A DNA stretch of 64,000 bases from a bacterium (lineage in GTDB: Bacteria > Patescibacteriota > Minisyncoccia > Moranbacterales > UBA2206): assembly GCA_021788105.1 (NCBI GenBank), contig JAJYKZ010000002.1, positions 3,320 through 67,319 on the forward strand, read 5' to 3'. The stretch's first letter is position 1, and every line of letters starts with the position of its first letter. This document shows, in pieces, positions 1-8,763 of the stretch. The notes below the pieces were generated by a model, which worked only from the letters and a program-made list of their open reading frames with translations, made no database searches and had not been told where the DNA came from. The position numbers and the translations under genes are program-made.

Positions 1-12
1 GCGGAAGCACAA

Positions 13-513
13 ATGATTCTCAATCATAAAAAAGCCTTGGATTTCATTTTGGAAAATCCGAATTTCTTTTTCGAATTTGAAACGGAAAAAATCAAAAAGA
101 TGCACGCCATTTTGGTTGAGGGACTTGATGTTAAGGAAGACTTTCGTTCGCACGGAGTAGGCATTGGCGGAACGCTCTATCGTCCGCCAGCTAACCAAAA
201 AGAATTGTCTCGAATGACAGACAAACTTTCCGAAACAGTCAGGAATATAAGAAGTCCTTTCGCCAAGGCCTTGGTTGCTCTCCTTATGATTTCATATCTC
301 CAGCCGTTTGAAGACGGAAACAAACGCACAGCTCGCATCGTAGCCAATGGAATTCTACATTCCCATCGAAAAGCCATGCTGTCCTATCGCGATGTGGATG
401 TCTTGGAATACAAAAAAGCAATCCTATTGTTTTACGAACAAAATAATATTTCATATTTCAAGGAATTATTTTTGAAGCAGTTTGAGTTTGTCGTGGAAAA
501 TTATTTCGGGTAA
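13..513 (+). CDS. Fic/DOC family protein with degenerate Fic motif; possibly 5'-truncated at window edge
   Basis: The translation has QPFEDGNKRTAR where the canonical Fic motif is HPFx[D/E]GNGRxxR. The frame stays open back to base 1. Confidence 0.6.
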   Translation: MILNHKKALDFILENPNFFFEFETEKIKKMHAILVEGLDVKEDFRSHGVGIGGTLYRPPANQKELSRMTDKLSETVRNIRSPFAKALVALLMISYLQPFEDGNKRTARIVANGILHSHRKAMLSYRDVDVLEYKKAILLFYEQNNISYFKELFLKQFEFVVENYFG

Positions 514-691
514 ACTAGGTATTAGATATGCAAATGAATTTTTTCCAGCTATTCACTAGAATCATAGTATAAATTTACAATTTAATTTCATTGCGATAAC
601 GGCAGACTTAATTTCCAATTTTTGTTGAAAACAAGCCATTATTTGACTGAACTGCAACACCTCCAGACTGCGGCATTACTAAGAAAATAAT

Positions 692-717
692 AGCCTAAAT
701 AAAGGCTGTTTTTTTAT
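692..717 (+). terminator. Putative rho-independent terminator (hairpin agcct-aaataa-aggct followed by a T-run)
   Basis: Inverted repeat plus TTTTTTTATTT seen directly. AT-rich stem, so weak. Confidence 0.35.
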
Positions 718-803
718 TTCAATCTGGGCTATAATTAAAATGCTTTCCAGTGAATAAAGATAATAAAGTAATATGAATTTGATAAGCATACTTTAACTAA
801 ATT

Positions 804-956
804 ATGATCACAAAAAACGTAAAATTAGTAGTTTTTACCCCAATATCTCACGCTGATATTGTCCGCAAAGCGTTGGGAGAGGCGGGTGCTGGTAAAATCG
901 GCAATTATGATTTTTACTCTTTTTCTTCCCGTGGAAAATTCCACCCATACAAATAG
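804..956 (+). CDS. Small ORF (50 aa), possible remnant resembling the PII-like insert domain of NIF3/YqfO-family proteins
   Basis: The translation is MITKNVKLVVFTPISHADIVRKALGEAGAGKIGNYDFYSFSSRGKFHPYK. The AGAGKIGNYD stretch recalls, from memory, the NIF3/YqfO insert domain. The ORF is below the track's 60-aa cutoff. Confidence 0.3.
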   Translation: MITKNVKLVVFTPISHADIVRKALGEAGAGKIGNYDFYSFSSRGKFHPYK

Positions 957-1000
957 GTGGCGTATGATATTTATTCTATAGAAAATTAACTTACATTTTT

Positions 1001-1567
1001 ATGGTATCAATAATTGAAAAAGCAAAAGCAGAATTTCTTAAAATGGTCGGTGATTTCGGTTCTGATCCATGGCATCTTTTGTCTCATGTTCCCGAAGCGG
1101 AAAAGTGGGCAAAATTAATGCTTAAAAAATATCCCGAGGCTAATAAAGAAGTCGTGTTTTTAGCAGTATGGCTTCATGATTTTGGGCATTATCCTGTTCC
1201 AGCAGAAGTTGACCATGCAATCAGGGGAGAAGAAAGAGCTAGAAAATTTTTGGAACAAGAAAGCTATCCAAAAGAAAAAATGGACAAAGTGCTTCATTGT
1301 GTTAGATCGCACCGATGCAAGGATGTTATGCCTGAAACGCTTGAGGCAAGGATTATGGCTTTTTGTGATTCGGCTAGCCATATGACCGACACAATTTATT
1401 TTGATATGGTTAGAACAGGTGAAGACGGAAGATTTCCAAGAGCTTATGCGAAAATGAAAAGAGATTTTCGGGATTTGGCCATGTTTCCTGAAATGCAAAA
1501 AGAATTGTCTGAAATATATGAAGCCTGGCAGACTCTTTTGAAAGCATATGAAAAAATTAATTTATAA
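1001..1567 (+). CDS. HD-domain metal-dependent phosphohydrolase
   Basis: The WLHDFGHY motif (HD dyad) sits in a ~190-aa protein. Confidence 0.7.
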   Translation: MVSIIEKAKAEFLKMVGDFGSDPWHLLSHVPEAEKWAKLMLKKYPEANKEVVFLAVWLHDFGHYPVPAEVDHAIRGEERARKFLEQESYPKEKMDKVLHCVRSHRCKDVMPETLEARIMAFCDSASHMTDTIYFDMVRTGEDGRFPRAYAKMKRDFRDLAMFPEMQKELSEIYEAWQTLLKAYEKINL

Positions 1568-1585
1568 ACTTTAATTTTTAATATT

Positions 1586-2152
1586 ATGAAAATCGCAGTC
1601 ATCTCTGATATCCACGAAAACAGAAGAAATCTTCAGATGGCTTTAAATGAGATTGAAGAGCGTGGTATCGAACAAATAATCTGTCTCGGTGATTTTATAA
1701 ACCCAGGTATTGCGAGAGTTTTGGCAGATTCAAAAATTCCAGTTTTCGCTATCTGGGGCAATAACGATGGCGATGTCGCAAAGATTTTGAATATTGCTTC
1801 CGGTGAGGGCAGCAATTTGAAAATGAGCGAAAATACGTTTGATAAATTGGAATTGGGCGGAAAGAAAATATTCATTACTCATTACGAAGACTTCGCTGAA
1901 TCAATTGCAAAATCGGGCGACTACGACGCCGTGTTTTATGGTCATACACACAACAAAGATAAGAAAAATATTGGAAATTGCTTGCTCCTGAATCCAGGAG
2001 AACTTTCTACCCATAAAACTGGCATTGCGAGTTATGCAATCTATGATACTGAAACCAATAATGCTGAAATATTTGATTTAGAAAATTCATTTAACACGAA
2101 ATGGGAAGATGTGGACTATAATGAAAAAGGAAGATTTGTGGGTAAAAAATAA
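1586..2152 (+). CDS. Metallophosphoesterase, YfcE/MJ0936 family
   Basis: It has the family's metal-binding motifs in order: ISDIHEN, LGDF, GNND and GHTH. Confidence 0.75.
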   Translation: MKIAVISDIHENRRNLQMALNEIEERGIEQIICLGDFINPGIARVLADSKIPVFAIWGNNDGDVAKILNIASGEGSNLKMSENTFDKLELGGKKIFITHYEDFAESIAKSGDYDAVFYGHTHNKDKKNIGNCLLLNPGELSTHKTGIASYAIYDTETNNAEIFDLENSFNTKWEDVDYNEKGRFVGKK

Positions 2153-2176
2153 TCATTTATAGGCGAATATTTTTAT

Positions 2177-2800
2177 ATGACCGAAGATTTTATCAGAATC
2201 AACATAGCTTTCAAACCGCCCATTGAAATTGCGGAGCAAATGGCAAAACTTAGCCAAGAGGTATCTAAAAAAGAAGACGCCTACTTCGCTATTGATAACT
2301 TAAATTTCTATCCACATATCACAATTTATTCTCCGAAATATCCGAAACACAACGAGGATAAAATATTTAAGGCTATTGATGAATTGGTAAAAAAATTTTC
2401 TTCAATAAAGTTTATTCCTAATGGGATAAATACAAACCAGGGATATATTGGAATAGGAGCTGAATATTCAGACGAAATTAAAAATATTCATGAAAAGATT
2501 GTTGAAAAACTAAATCCATTGAGGGAAGGTCATTTGCGGGCAAAATATGCCAATGCTTATAATATGCAGTTCTCTGAAGAAAAACTACAGAATATCCAAA
2601 AATACGGCTATCCTGATTCGATGAATTTTTATCATCCGCATATGACAATAACCAGATTGAAGGATGAAAAACTTGCCGAAAGAGTGGCTAAAGAAATTCA
2701 AATTTCATTTAAGGAATTTACCATTGATAAAATCGGAGCCTTTAAGATGGGAGAAAACGGAACTTGCGTTGAATTAATCAAAGAATTTAAATTAGGATAA
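2177..2800 (+). CDS. 2H phosphoesterase superfamily protein (LigT / 2'-5' RNA ligase-like)
   Basis: Two HxTx motifs are present (PHITIY and HPHMTIT). Confidence 0.65.
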   Translation: MTEDFIRINIAFKPPIEIAEQMAKLSQEVSKKEDAYFAIDNLNFYPHITIYSPKYPKHNEDKIFKAIDELVKKFSSIKFIPNGINTNQGYIGIGAEYSDEIKNIHEKIVEKLNPLREGHLRAKYANAYNMQFSEEKLQNIQKYGYPDSMNFYHPHMTITRLKDEKLAERVAKEIQISFKEFTIDKIGAFKMGENGTCVELIKEFKLG

Positions 2801-2804
2801 TTTT

Positions 2805-3401
2805 ATGACCAAATATATCTTAAATTCAGGAGGATTGAAAAATAAACCAGAAAAAGCCAAAAAGTTTTTCGAAGAGATTTTGAAAGATTCCAAACAGAAT
2901 CCAAAGATGCTACTCTGTTTTTTTGCTCAGCCACGGGAAGATTGGGAAGGTAAATTTGAAGAATACAAATTAGGATTTTTGGAATTTTCAAATGAACTTA
3001 ATCCTATTTTTGAATTGGCAATGCCAGATAAGTTTGAAGAGCAAGTAGGAAATTCTGACATTATTTTTATTTACGGTGGAGATGATCATCTTTTGTGGTA
3101 TTGGCTGAAACAATACAACTTGCCAGAAATATGGAAAGGCAAAGTTGTTGTAGGCAGTTCGGCTGGTTCTGATGTTTTGGTCAAATCTTTTTGGACTTGT
3201 GATTGGCGACAATGTATGGATGGTCTTGGTTTGGTTTCGATAAAATTTATTCCTCATTACAAATCAACGGAATATGGCAAAGGCGACCCACGTGGCTCAA
3301 TAGACTGGAATATGGCTTATGAAGAATTAAAAGAATATGGAGATAAAAATCTTCCAATTTATGCCTTAGAAGAAGGTGATTATCAAGTTTTTGAAATTTA
3401 A
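2805..3401 (+). CDS. Peptidase S51 (dipeptidase E-like) / class I glutamine amidotransferase-like protein
   Basis: GGDDHLLWYW plus a GSSAGS nucleophile-elbow motif. Confidence 0.55.
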   Translation: MTKYILNSGGLKNKPEKAKKFFEEILKDSKQNPKMLLCFFAQPREDWEGKFEEYKLGFLEFSNELNPIFELAMPDKFEEQVGNSDIIFIYGGDDHLLWYWLKQYNLPEIWKGKVVVGSSAGSDVLVKSFWTCDWRQCMDGLGLVSIKFIPHYKSTEYGKGDPRGSIDWNMAYEELKEYGDKNLPIYALEEGDYQVFEI

Positions 3402-3416
3402 CTAATCACAAAAGTT

Positions 3417-3818
3417 ATGGCAAACAAAAAAATTAACCCAATTTCTCTGAGAATCCCTACAAAAGCTTACAGCCAAGGAGTACTTGTGCCCTGCGGAGAC
3501 AGTAACTTGCTTTTTATTACGGGGCAGTTACCTCAGGACATCGATGGCACAATCATCCATCAAGGTGATGTAGAGAAGCAAGTCAGGCTCGTTTTCTCTA
3601 GAATTTCTGAGATATTGAAAGAAGCAGATATGACCTTCGATGATGTAGTCAAGCTCCAGATTTATGTAAAAAATATCAGTTATGCGAAAACCGTATCCTC
3701 TATAAGGGATGAACTCTTCGCAAATAGCAAGCCAGCCAGCACGCTTGTAGAAGTATCTGGTTTTGTCAAAGAAGGTTGTAGTATTGAAATTGATGCAGTG
3801 GCAGCGAAAACTGTCTAA
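3417..3818 (+). CDS. ridA: RidA/YjgF/L-PSP family reactive-intermediate deaminase
   Basis: Family-typical size (133 aa) and the pattern FITGQLP ... VKLQIYV ... EIDAVA. Confidence 0.7.
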   Translation: MANKKINPISLRIPTKAYSQGVLVPCGDSNLLFITGQLPQDIDGTIIHQGDVEKQVRLVFSRISEILKEADMTFDDVVKLQIYVKNISYAKTVSSIRDELFANSKPASTLVEVSGFVKEGCSIEIDAVAAKTV

Positions 3819-3937
3819 TCTGGAGAACCTGATTGCCGAAAAATAATTGGAGCTTATTCCAATATACCTCAAGAAGTTCGAGATAAATATAAAGGATATA
3901 TTTCTGAATATCTAACAAAATGATTCAATAATTTATT

Positions 3938-4534
3938 ATGAAAATCTTAATCGGCACAAATAACGAAAACAAACTGAAACAATTCAGAAGAATATTTCAA
4001 AATCTCGGTTCGGATATTGAATTAGTTTCCCTAAAAGATGTTGGCATAACTGATGATGTAGAAGAAGATGCTGATAATCTCTTGGAAAATGCCAAAAAGA
4101 AAGCCAAATTTTATGGCGATAAGTCTAATTTGCTTACTTTGGCTGACGATACCGGATTATTCGTTGACCCATTAAACGGAGAACCTGGCATTCACGCCAA
4201 AAGATGGCACGACGGCACGGAATTAGACAGATGTCATAAACTATTAGAAAGACTAAAAAATATTCCGGAAGAAAAAAGAACCTGCCGATACACTGGCGTT
4301 TTGGTTATTTACAATCCAAAAACTAAAGAATTTTGGAATTATGAAAATAATATCGAAGCAGTGATTTCCGATGAATTCAAGGGCGAATTAGGTTTTGGCT
4401 ATGATCCGATTTTTAAACTGAAAAACGGAAAACATTATGCCGAGCTTACCGATGAAGAACGGGACGCGATAAGCCATAGAGGGTTAGGGGTTAAAGAATT
4501 AATAAAATATTTAAGAGAAAATCAATGGACCTAA
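3938..4534 (+). CDS. Non-canonical purine NTP pyrophosphatase (Ham1/RdgB ITPase)
   Basis: Has TNNENKLKQF, DDTGLFVD and FGYDPIF motifs. Confidence 0.8.
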   Translation: MKILIGTNNENKLKQFRRIFQNLGSDIELVSLKDVGITDDVEEDADNLLENAKKKAKFYGDKSNLLTLADDTGLFVDPLNGEPGIHAKRWHDGTELDRCHKLLERLKNIPEEKRTCRYTGVLVIYNPKTKEFWNYENNIEAVISDEFKGELGFGYDPIFKLKNGKHYAELTDEERDAISHRGLGVKELIKYLRENQWT

Positions 4535-4848
4535 AAGATTTACTTGATTTTATAAGTCTCGAAGACCAAAGACTCAAAACGAGCCACGAAATTTATCCTG
4601 ACCAAGAAAAAAGAATCCTGGCTCGCACGGTAAAACTTTCCGAAGAAGTGGGAGAGCTTTGCGATGAAGTTTTGTCGTTCAATGCAATGCAAAGAAAGGA
4701 TAAGCAAAAAGATTATGATGGGAAAAATCTTCCTAATGAAATTGCTGATGTGTTAATAGTTACCTTGCTTTTGGCTAAAGCGATGAATGTGGACATAGAA
4801 AAAGCTTTGGAAAATAAGATTGAAAAAATTAATAAAAGATATGAATAA
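4525..4848 (+). CDS. MazG-like nucleotide pyrophosphohydrolase
   Basis: EEVGELCDEV and EIADVLIVTLLLA motifs. It overlaps the preceding gene by 10 nt. Confidence 0.7.
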   Translation: MDLKDLLDFISLEDQRLKTSHEIYPDQEKRILARTVKLSEEVGELCDEVLSFNAMQRKDKQKDYDGKNLPNEIADVLIVTLLLAKAMNVDIEKALENKIEKINKRYE

Positions 4849-5497
4849 TATCAAAGCTCTAATATTCGATATGGACGGAGTTATTGTTAACTCCGAACCT
4901 ATCCACGAAAAAGCGGAAATGGAAACTTGCCGCGAGTTCGGCATGATAGTTCCTAAACTTGAATGGGATGGTTTTCGGGGCAAAAAACTGGAAGACATTT
5001 TTTCTTATGCCAGCAAAAAATATGGAAAAGGAAATGAACCCATTGAAAAAATGATTAAGAAGAAAATAAATCTGTATCTCCAATATGCCTTAAGTGATAT
5101 GCAATTAGTTTCCGGAGCTTATGAATTTCTACAAGAACTAAAAAGAAATCAAAGATACCGTTATGCGTTGACTACTTCTGGCAGAAGATATCAGCAAGAC
5201 AAAATTCTAAATAAATTCAATCTTGCCAATTTCTTTGATATTATGGTTACAGGCGACGAGGTGAAAAACGGCAAACCGCATCCTGAACCCTACGCAAATA
5301 CGGTTAAAAAACTGAATGAAAATCCAAATGAGTGTCTGGTTATTGAGGATTCTGACAATGGCATTTTTTCCGCCAAAGCGGCTGGTTGCCAGGCTTGCGG
5401 AATAACTACTACTTTCACTAAAGATAGACTCCAATCAGTCGGAGCAGATATGGTAATAAATGACTTTTTTGAATTAGCTAAAATTTTATTTAATTAA
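4841..5497 (+). CDS. HAD-IA family hydrolase (beta-phosphoglucomutase-like)
   Basis: ALIFDMDGVIV (HAD motif I) ... EDSDNG near the C-terminus. The start is ambiguous; the alternative is 4820. Confidence 0.7.
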   Translation: MNNIKALIFDMDGVIVNSEPIHEKAEMETCREFGMIVPKLEWDGFRGKKLEDIFSYASKKYGKGNEPIEKMIKKKINLYLQYALSDMQLVSGAYEFLQELKRNQRYRYALTTSGRRYQQDKILNKFNLANFFDIMVTGDEVKNGKPHPEPYANTVKKLNENPNECLVIEDSDNGIFSAKAAGCQACGITTTFTKDRLQSVGADMVINDFFELAKILFN

Positions 5498-5498
5498 T

Positions 5499-5600
5499 AT
5501 GGAACAATTTAAACATTTTGAAACAAATTTGGAAAAAGAAAACGAATACCCGAAACTGGTGAGGGATAACATTCCTGAAGTAGAACGTTGGAAATTTTAG
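5499..5600 (+). pseudogene. Truncated MazG-like NTP pyrophosphohydrolase N-terminal fragment (33 codons)
   Basis: MEQFKHFETNLEKENEYPKLVRDNIPEVERWKF then stop. KLVRDNIPE is the conserved N-terminal signature of small MazG-like NTP-PPases. Confidence 0.35.
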
Positions 5601-5953
5601 AATTAAGCTAAAATACAAAGATCCGATCGCGATGATGCTTTTCGCGGAATTAAAAGATCCGGTAACTCAAAAATTGCAAAACCAGTATCGTGGAACGCCA
5701 GACAAAGTTGCTCCTCCGAATTTGCAGTTTAAAACAGGAAAGGATAAGTAAATAATCTATAAAATTTAATCATAATATGAAAATAACGATCTGCGGAAGC
5801 CTGAATTTTACTTATGAAATTAAAGAACTGGCCGATAAGCTTCAAGCTCCTGTATACAAGCGGGCAACTTAAATAAGATGCTTGCCATCCCATAATTTCT
5901 ACGCTAGCCTTAATGTGTGTGTTATAATTAAAAAGTAAAATTTAAGACTTTTT

Positions 5954-6490
5954 ATGAACAAAAAAATCATCATTCTTGTTGTGGCGATTCTTATGGTTTT
6001 GGGAGTTATTATCATTCGTGACAAAAGCATCGCGCCGACTACAGAAACGGATAAATCCAACCAGGCAGATCAATCACAGTCCCGATCACAATCTCAATCT
6101 CAGACAACACCGCAACAGACCGATCAGAATTCCAATAATAATTCTAATAATCAAAATTCTATGAAACTAAAAATTGAAACGACACAGCCGGGAACCGGCA
6201 ATCAGGTCGTAAAAAACGGCGACACAGTTTCCGTGCAGTACACGGGAAAACTTACGGACGGGACGGTGTTTGATTCTACCGCCAATCACGGCGGACAACC
6301 GTTCACTTTTACGGTCGGCGCAGGGCAGGTGATTCAGGGTTGGGATCAGGGGCTTCTGGGAATGAAGGTGGGAGAAAAAAGGACGCTTACGATTCCGCCG
6401 AGTCTTGGTTATGGGGAGAGCGGGGTGCCCGGAGTGATTCCGCCAAATGCGACGCTTATCTTTGACATCCAGTTGGTTTCGATCAAATAG
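5954..6490 (+). CDS. FKBP-type peptidyl-prolyl cis-trans isomerase, membrane-anchored, with Q/S/N-rich linker
   Basis: N-terminal TM helix, a low-complexity SQSQSQ/NNNSNN linker, then an FKBP domain ([20 protein letters not shown] ... [15 protein letters not shown] ... [13 protein letters not shown]). Confidence 0.85.
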   Translation: MNKKIIILVVAILMVLGVIIIRDKSIAPTTETDKSNQADQSQSRSQSQSQTTPQQTDQNSNNNSNNQNSMKLKIETTQPGTGNQVVKNGDTVSVQYTGKLTDGTVFDSTANHGGQPFTFTVGAGQVIQGWDQGLLGMKVGEKRTLTIPPSLGYGESGVPGVIPPNATLIFDIQLVSIK

Positions 6491-6494
6491 GAAA

Positions 6495-7073
6495 ATGAAA
6501 AAATGGAATTTTAAATTGTCGACTCCCGAGAAAATTATTCTTTTTGCAGCCGTAATTTTTGTTTTAGTTCTCAGTTATGGCGTTCCCGAGCTGATTTTTA
6601 AAAATAAAATAAAAACTGCCAGCGAAGCCGGTTTGCAAAACACATATCATGTTATGAAAGTGGTTGACGGCGATACGATTGATGTTGATATTGACGGAAA
6701 GAAAGAATCAGTGCGGCTTATCGGGATCAATACGCCCGAAACCGTCGATCCGAGAAAACCGGTCCAATGTTTCGGCGTTGAAGCTTCCGATAAAGCGAAA
6801 GAAACGCTAAACGGAAAAAATGTTACATTAAAAGCGGACGCGACTCAATCTAACCGGGACAAATATGGAAGGCTCCTTCGTTATGTTTATTTGGAAGACG
6901 GAACAAATTTCAACGAAATGATGGTCAGGGACGGTTATGCTTATGAATATACTTATGATGTTCCATATGAGTATCAAGCCGAATTCATGGCTGCACAACA
7001 GGAAGCTAAAAATGAAGAGCGGGGATTGTGGGCAAAAAATACTTGCGACGGAAAACTGGCCAAAACAAAATGA
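6495..7073 (+). CDS. Thermonuclease / staphylococcal nuclease (SNase) homolog, membrane-anchored or secreted
   Basis: VVDGDTIDV ... VRLIGINTPE ... YGRLLRYVY ... EMMVRDGYAY match the SNase fold signatures. The internal Met at 6495 is preferred because the upstream part overlaps the FKBP gene. Confidence 0.8.
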   Translation: MKKWNFKLSTPEKIILFAAVIFVLVLSYGVPELIFKNKIKTASEAGLQNTYHVMKVVDGDTIDVDIDGKKESVRLIGINTPETVDPRKPVQCFGVEASDKAKETLNGKNVTLKADATQSNRDKYGRLLRYVYLEDGTNFNEMMVRDGYAYEYTYDVPYEYQAEFMAAQQEAKNEERGLWAKNTCDGKLAKTK

Positions 7074-7093
7074 AAAAATTAACAAAAATAAAA

Positions 7094-7119
7094 AGCCTCG
7101 CCCGAAACGAGGTTTTTTG
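7094..7119 (+). terminator. Rho-independent terminator (cctcg-cccgaaa-cgagg + TTTTTT)
   Basis: Hairpin and T-run seen directly after the nuclease gene. Confidence 0.6.
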
Positions 7120-7163
7120 GTATAATAATAAAAAGAACAACAAATAGCCGCAAAAGCTTCTTA

Positions 7164-8378
7164 ATGAAAAAAAGGAAAGCAAAAATTTTTTCAATTATTC
7201 TGGCCAGTTTTTTTATTTTTGTGCTGGCATTTTTCGTCGCGGAAAAAATGAATCGGCCGGTCCATGCGGATAGCGAAAGTGATGGCGGCGAATCGGACGA
7301 CGGACATTTCCAGGTTATTAACACTAATCCTTCCAATGACAAGCCTCAAAAAACAGAAACCAAAACCATTACAACCAGGCTTAGTCCGACAGTCACTCAG
7401 ATAGTAACTACGACGACTCGCCATGATACCGATGGCGACGGTTTGTACGACGATGTGGATCCGCACCCGACGATCAATGAAAATTTCATAGTTAAAGATA
7501 ATAATCTGGACGGAATCGACGACAACTTTGAAACTCCGGATCAATTGAAAAACGTTGGCGTGCCAGGAACTGGTCAAAAAGTGGATTATAAAGGACAGGT
7601 CATTGTGGACAGTGATCTGGATGGACTGACTGATCAAGGAGAAATTCAAATTTATCATACCGACCCGGGCAATCCGGATTCGGACGGAGATGGATATTTG
7701 GACGGAGCGGAAATTTTAGCGGGAACCAATCCGCTGGATTCGAGCGATTATCCCGGCAATTCCAAACAGCAAGTAGATTCGGTCATTCAAAATTTGAGCA
7801 AAGGAACTCCCTGGGTTTGGTATGTTTCGCGCGCTTCCGGAATGATCGGTTTTATTTTTCTTTGGCTGACGGTTTTTTTGGGATTGGCGATTCGCAATCC
7901 TCTTCTCAAAAAAATTATCCAGCCCATATACAGTTTCGGCCTGCATGCGTTCGCGGGGGCGATGGCGATTTTTTGGAGCCTGGTGCACGGAACAAGCTTT
8001 CTTTTTCACGGAAGTTTCGCCCTGAGTTTTAAGGAAGTGGCCATTCCCTTTTATTCCCATACCGCCCTGGTTAATCCGACCTACATGAGCCTCGGTATTA
8101 TCGCTTTCTATCTTATGGTCATTATGGCGGTCACTTCTTTTCTTCGCTCGCATATGAATCACTGGCTTTGGAGGGTTTTGCATTTTTTGAATCCAGTCGC
8201 GTTTATTTTTGTGGTGGTACACGGATATTTCAACGGGACCGATATCAATAATAATTTTTATGTCGGCAGCGCCTTTTTGTTTTCTTCGTTTATTTTGGTG
8301 GTGATATATCTTATAAGTTTGGGGGCGGCGCTCGCTCAAAAGTTTGGCCGGGATCCGGTTTTAAATCAAGACAATTAA
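7164..8378 (+). CDS. Membrane protein: signal anchor + thrombospondin type-3-like Ca-binding repeats + C-terminal ferric-reductase-like (MsrQ/YedZ-like) heme-binding TM domain
   Basis: DTDGDGLYDDVD and DSDGDGYLDGAE Asp-rich repeats. The C-terminal 6-TM region has conserved His in GLHAFAG and VVVHGYF, typical of ferric reductase / MsrQ-like heme b domains. Confidence 0.5.
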   Translation: MKKRKAKIFSIILASFFIFVLAFFVAEKMNRPVHADSESDGGESDDGHFQVINTNPSNDKPQKTETKTITTRLSPTVTQIVTTTTRHDTDGDGLYDDVDPHPTINENFIVKDNNLDGIDDNFETPDQLKNVGVPGTGQKVDYKGQVIVDSDLDGLTDQGEIQIYHTDPGNPDSDGDGYLDGAEILAGTNPLDSSDYPGNSKQQVDSVIQNLSKGTPWVWYVSRASGMIGFIFLWLTVFLGLAIRNPLLKKIIQPIYSFGLHAFAGAMAIFWSLVHGTSFLFHGSFALSFKEVAIPFYSHTALVNPTYMSLGIIAFYLMVIMAVTSFLRSHMNHWLWRVLHFLNPVAFIFVVVHGYFNGTDINNNFYVGSAFLFSSFILVVIYLISLGAALAQKFGRDPVLNQDN

Positions 8379-8383
8379 AAAAT

Positions 8384-8743
8384 ATGGTTGCAAAAAATAA
8401 ATTGGAAAAATTCCTCATTGGTTTATCGGGACTTCTTGCTTTGTTTATTTTTGCGATGGGAATAAGAATTGAAGACGGCAATGGAAAATTGGCCGATATT
8501 CGGAATGATCTGGCTTCCGATTCCGACAGTCCGAATCCGGGTGCTGTTATTCAAAATGAAATCAGCGCGTCGCGGGACAGCATTCTAAACAAGGCGGCGC
8601 ATTCTCCGCTGACGGATGTGGCCCAGAATACGACCATTAAAACCGTAATTCCGGGAAAAATAATCACACAGGTCGTGCCTGTCACAACAAGCAGTTCGAA
8701 AACTTCTTCCAAATCTTCGAACAAAAAAACCAAGACATCATAA
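8384..8743 (+). CDS. Hypothetical membrane-anchored protein with Ser/Thr/Lys-rich tail
   Basis: N-terminal TM helix with a low-complexity C-terminus. Confidence 0.4.
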   Translation: MVAKNKLEKFLIGLSGLLALFIFAMGIRIEDGNGKLADIRNDLASDSDSPNPGAVIQNEISASRDSILNKAAHSPLTDVAQNTTIKTVIPGKIITQVVPVTTSSSKTSSKSSNKKTKTS

Positions 8744-8763
8744 CAGACCTAGGCGCATCAAAT

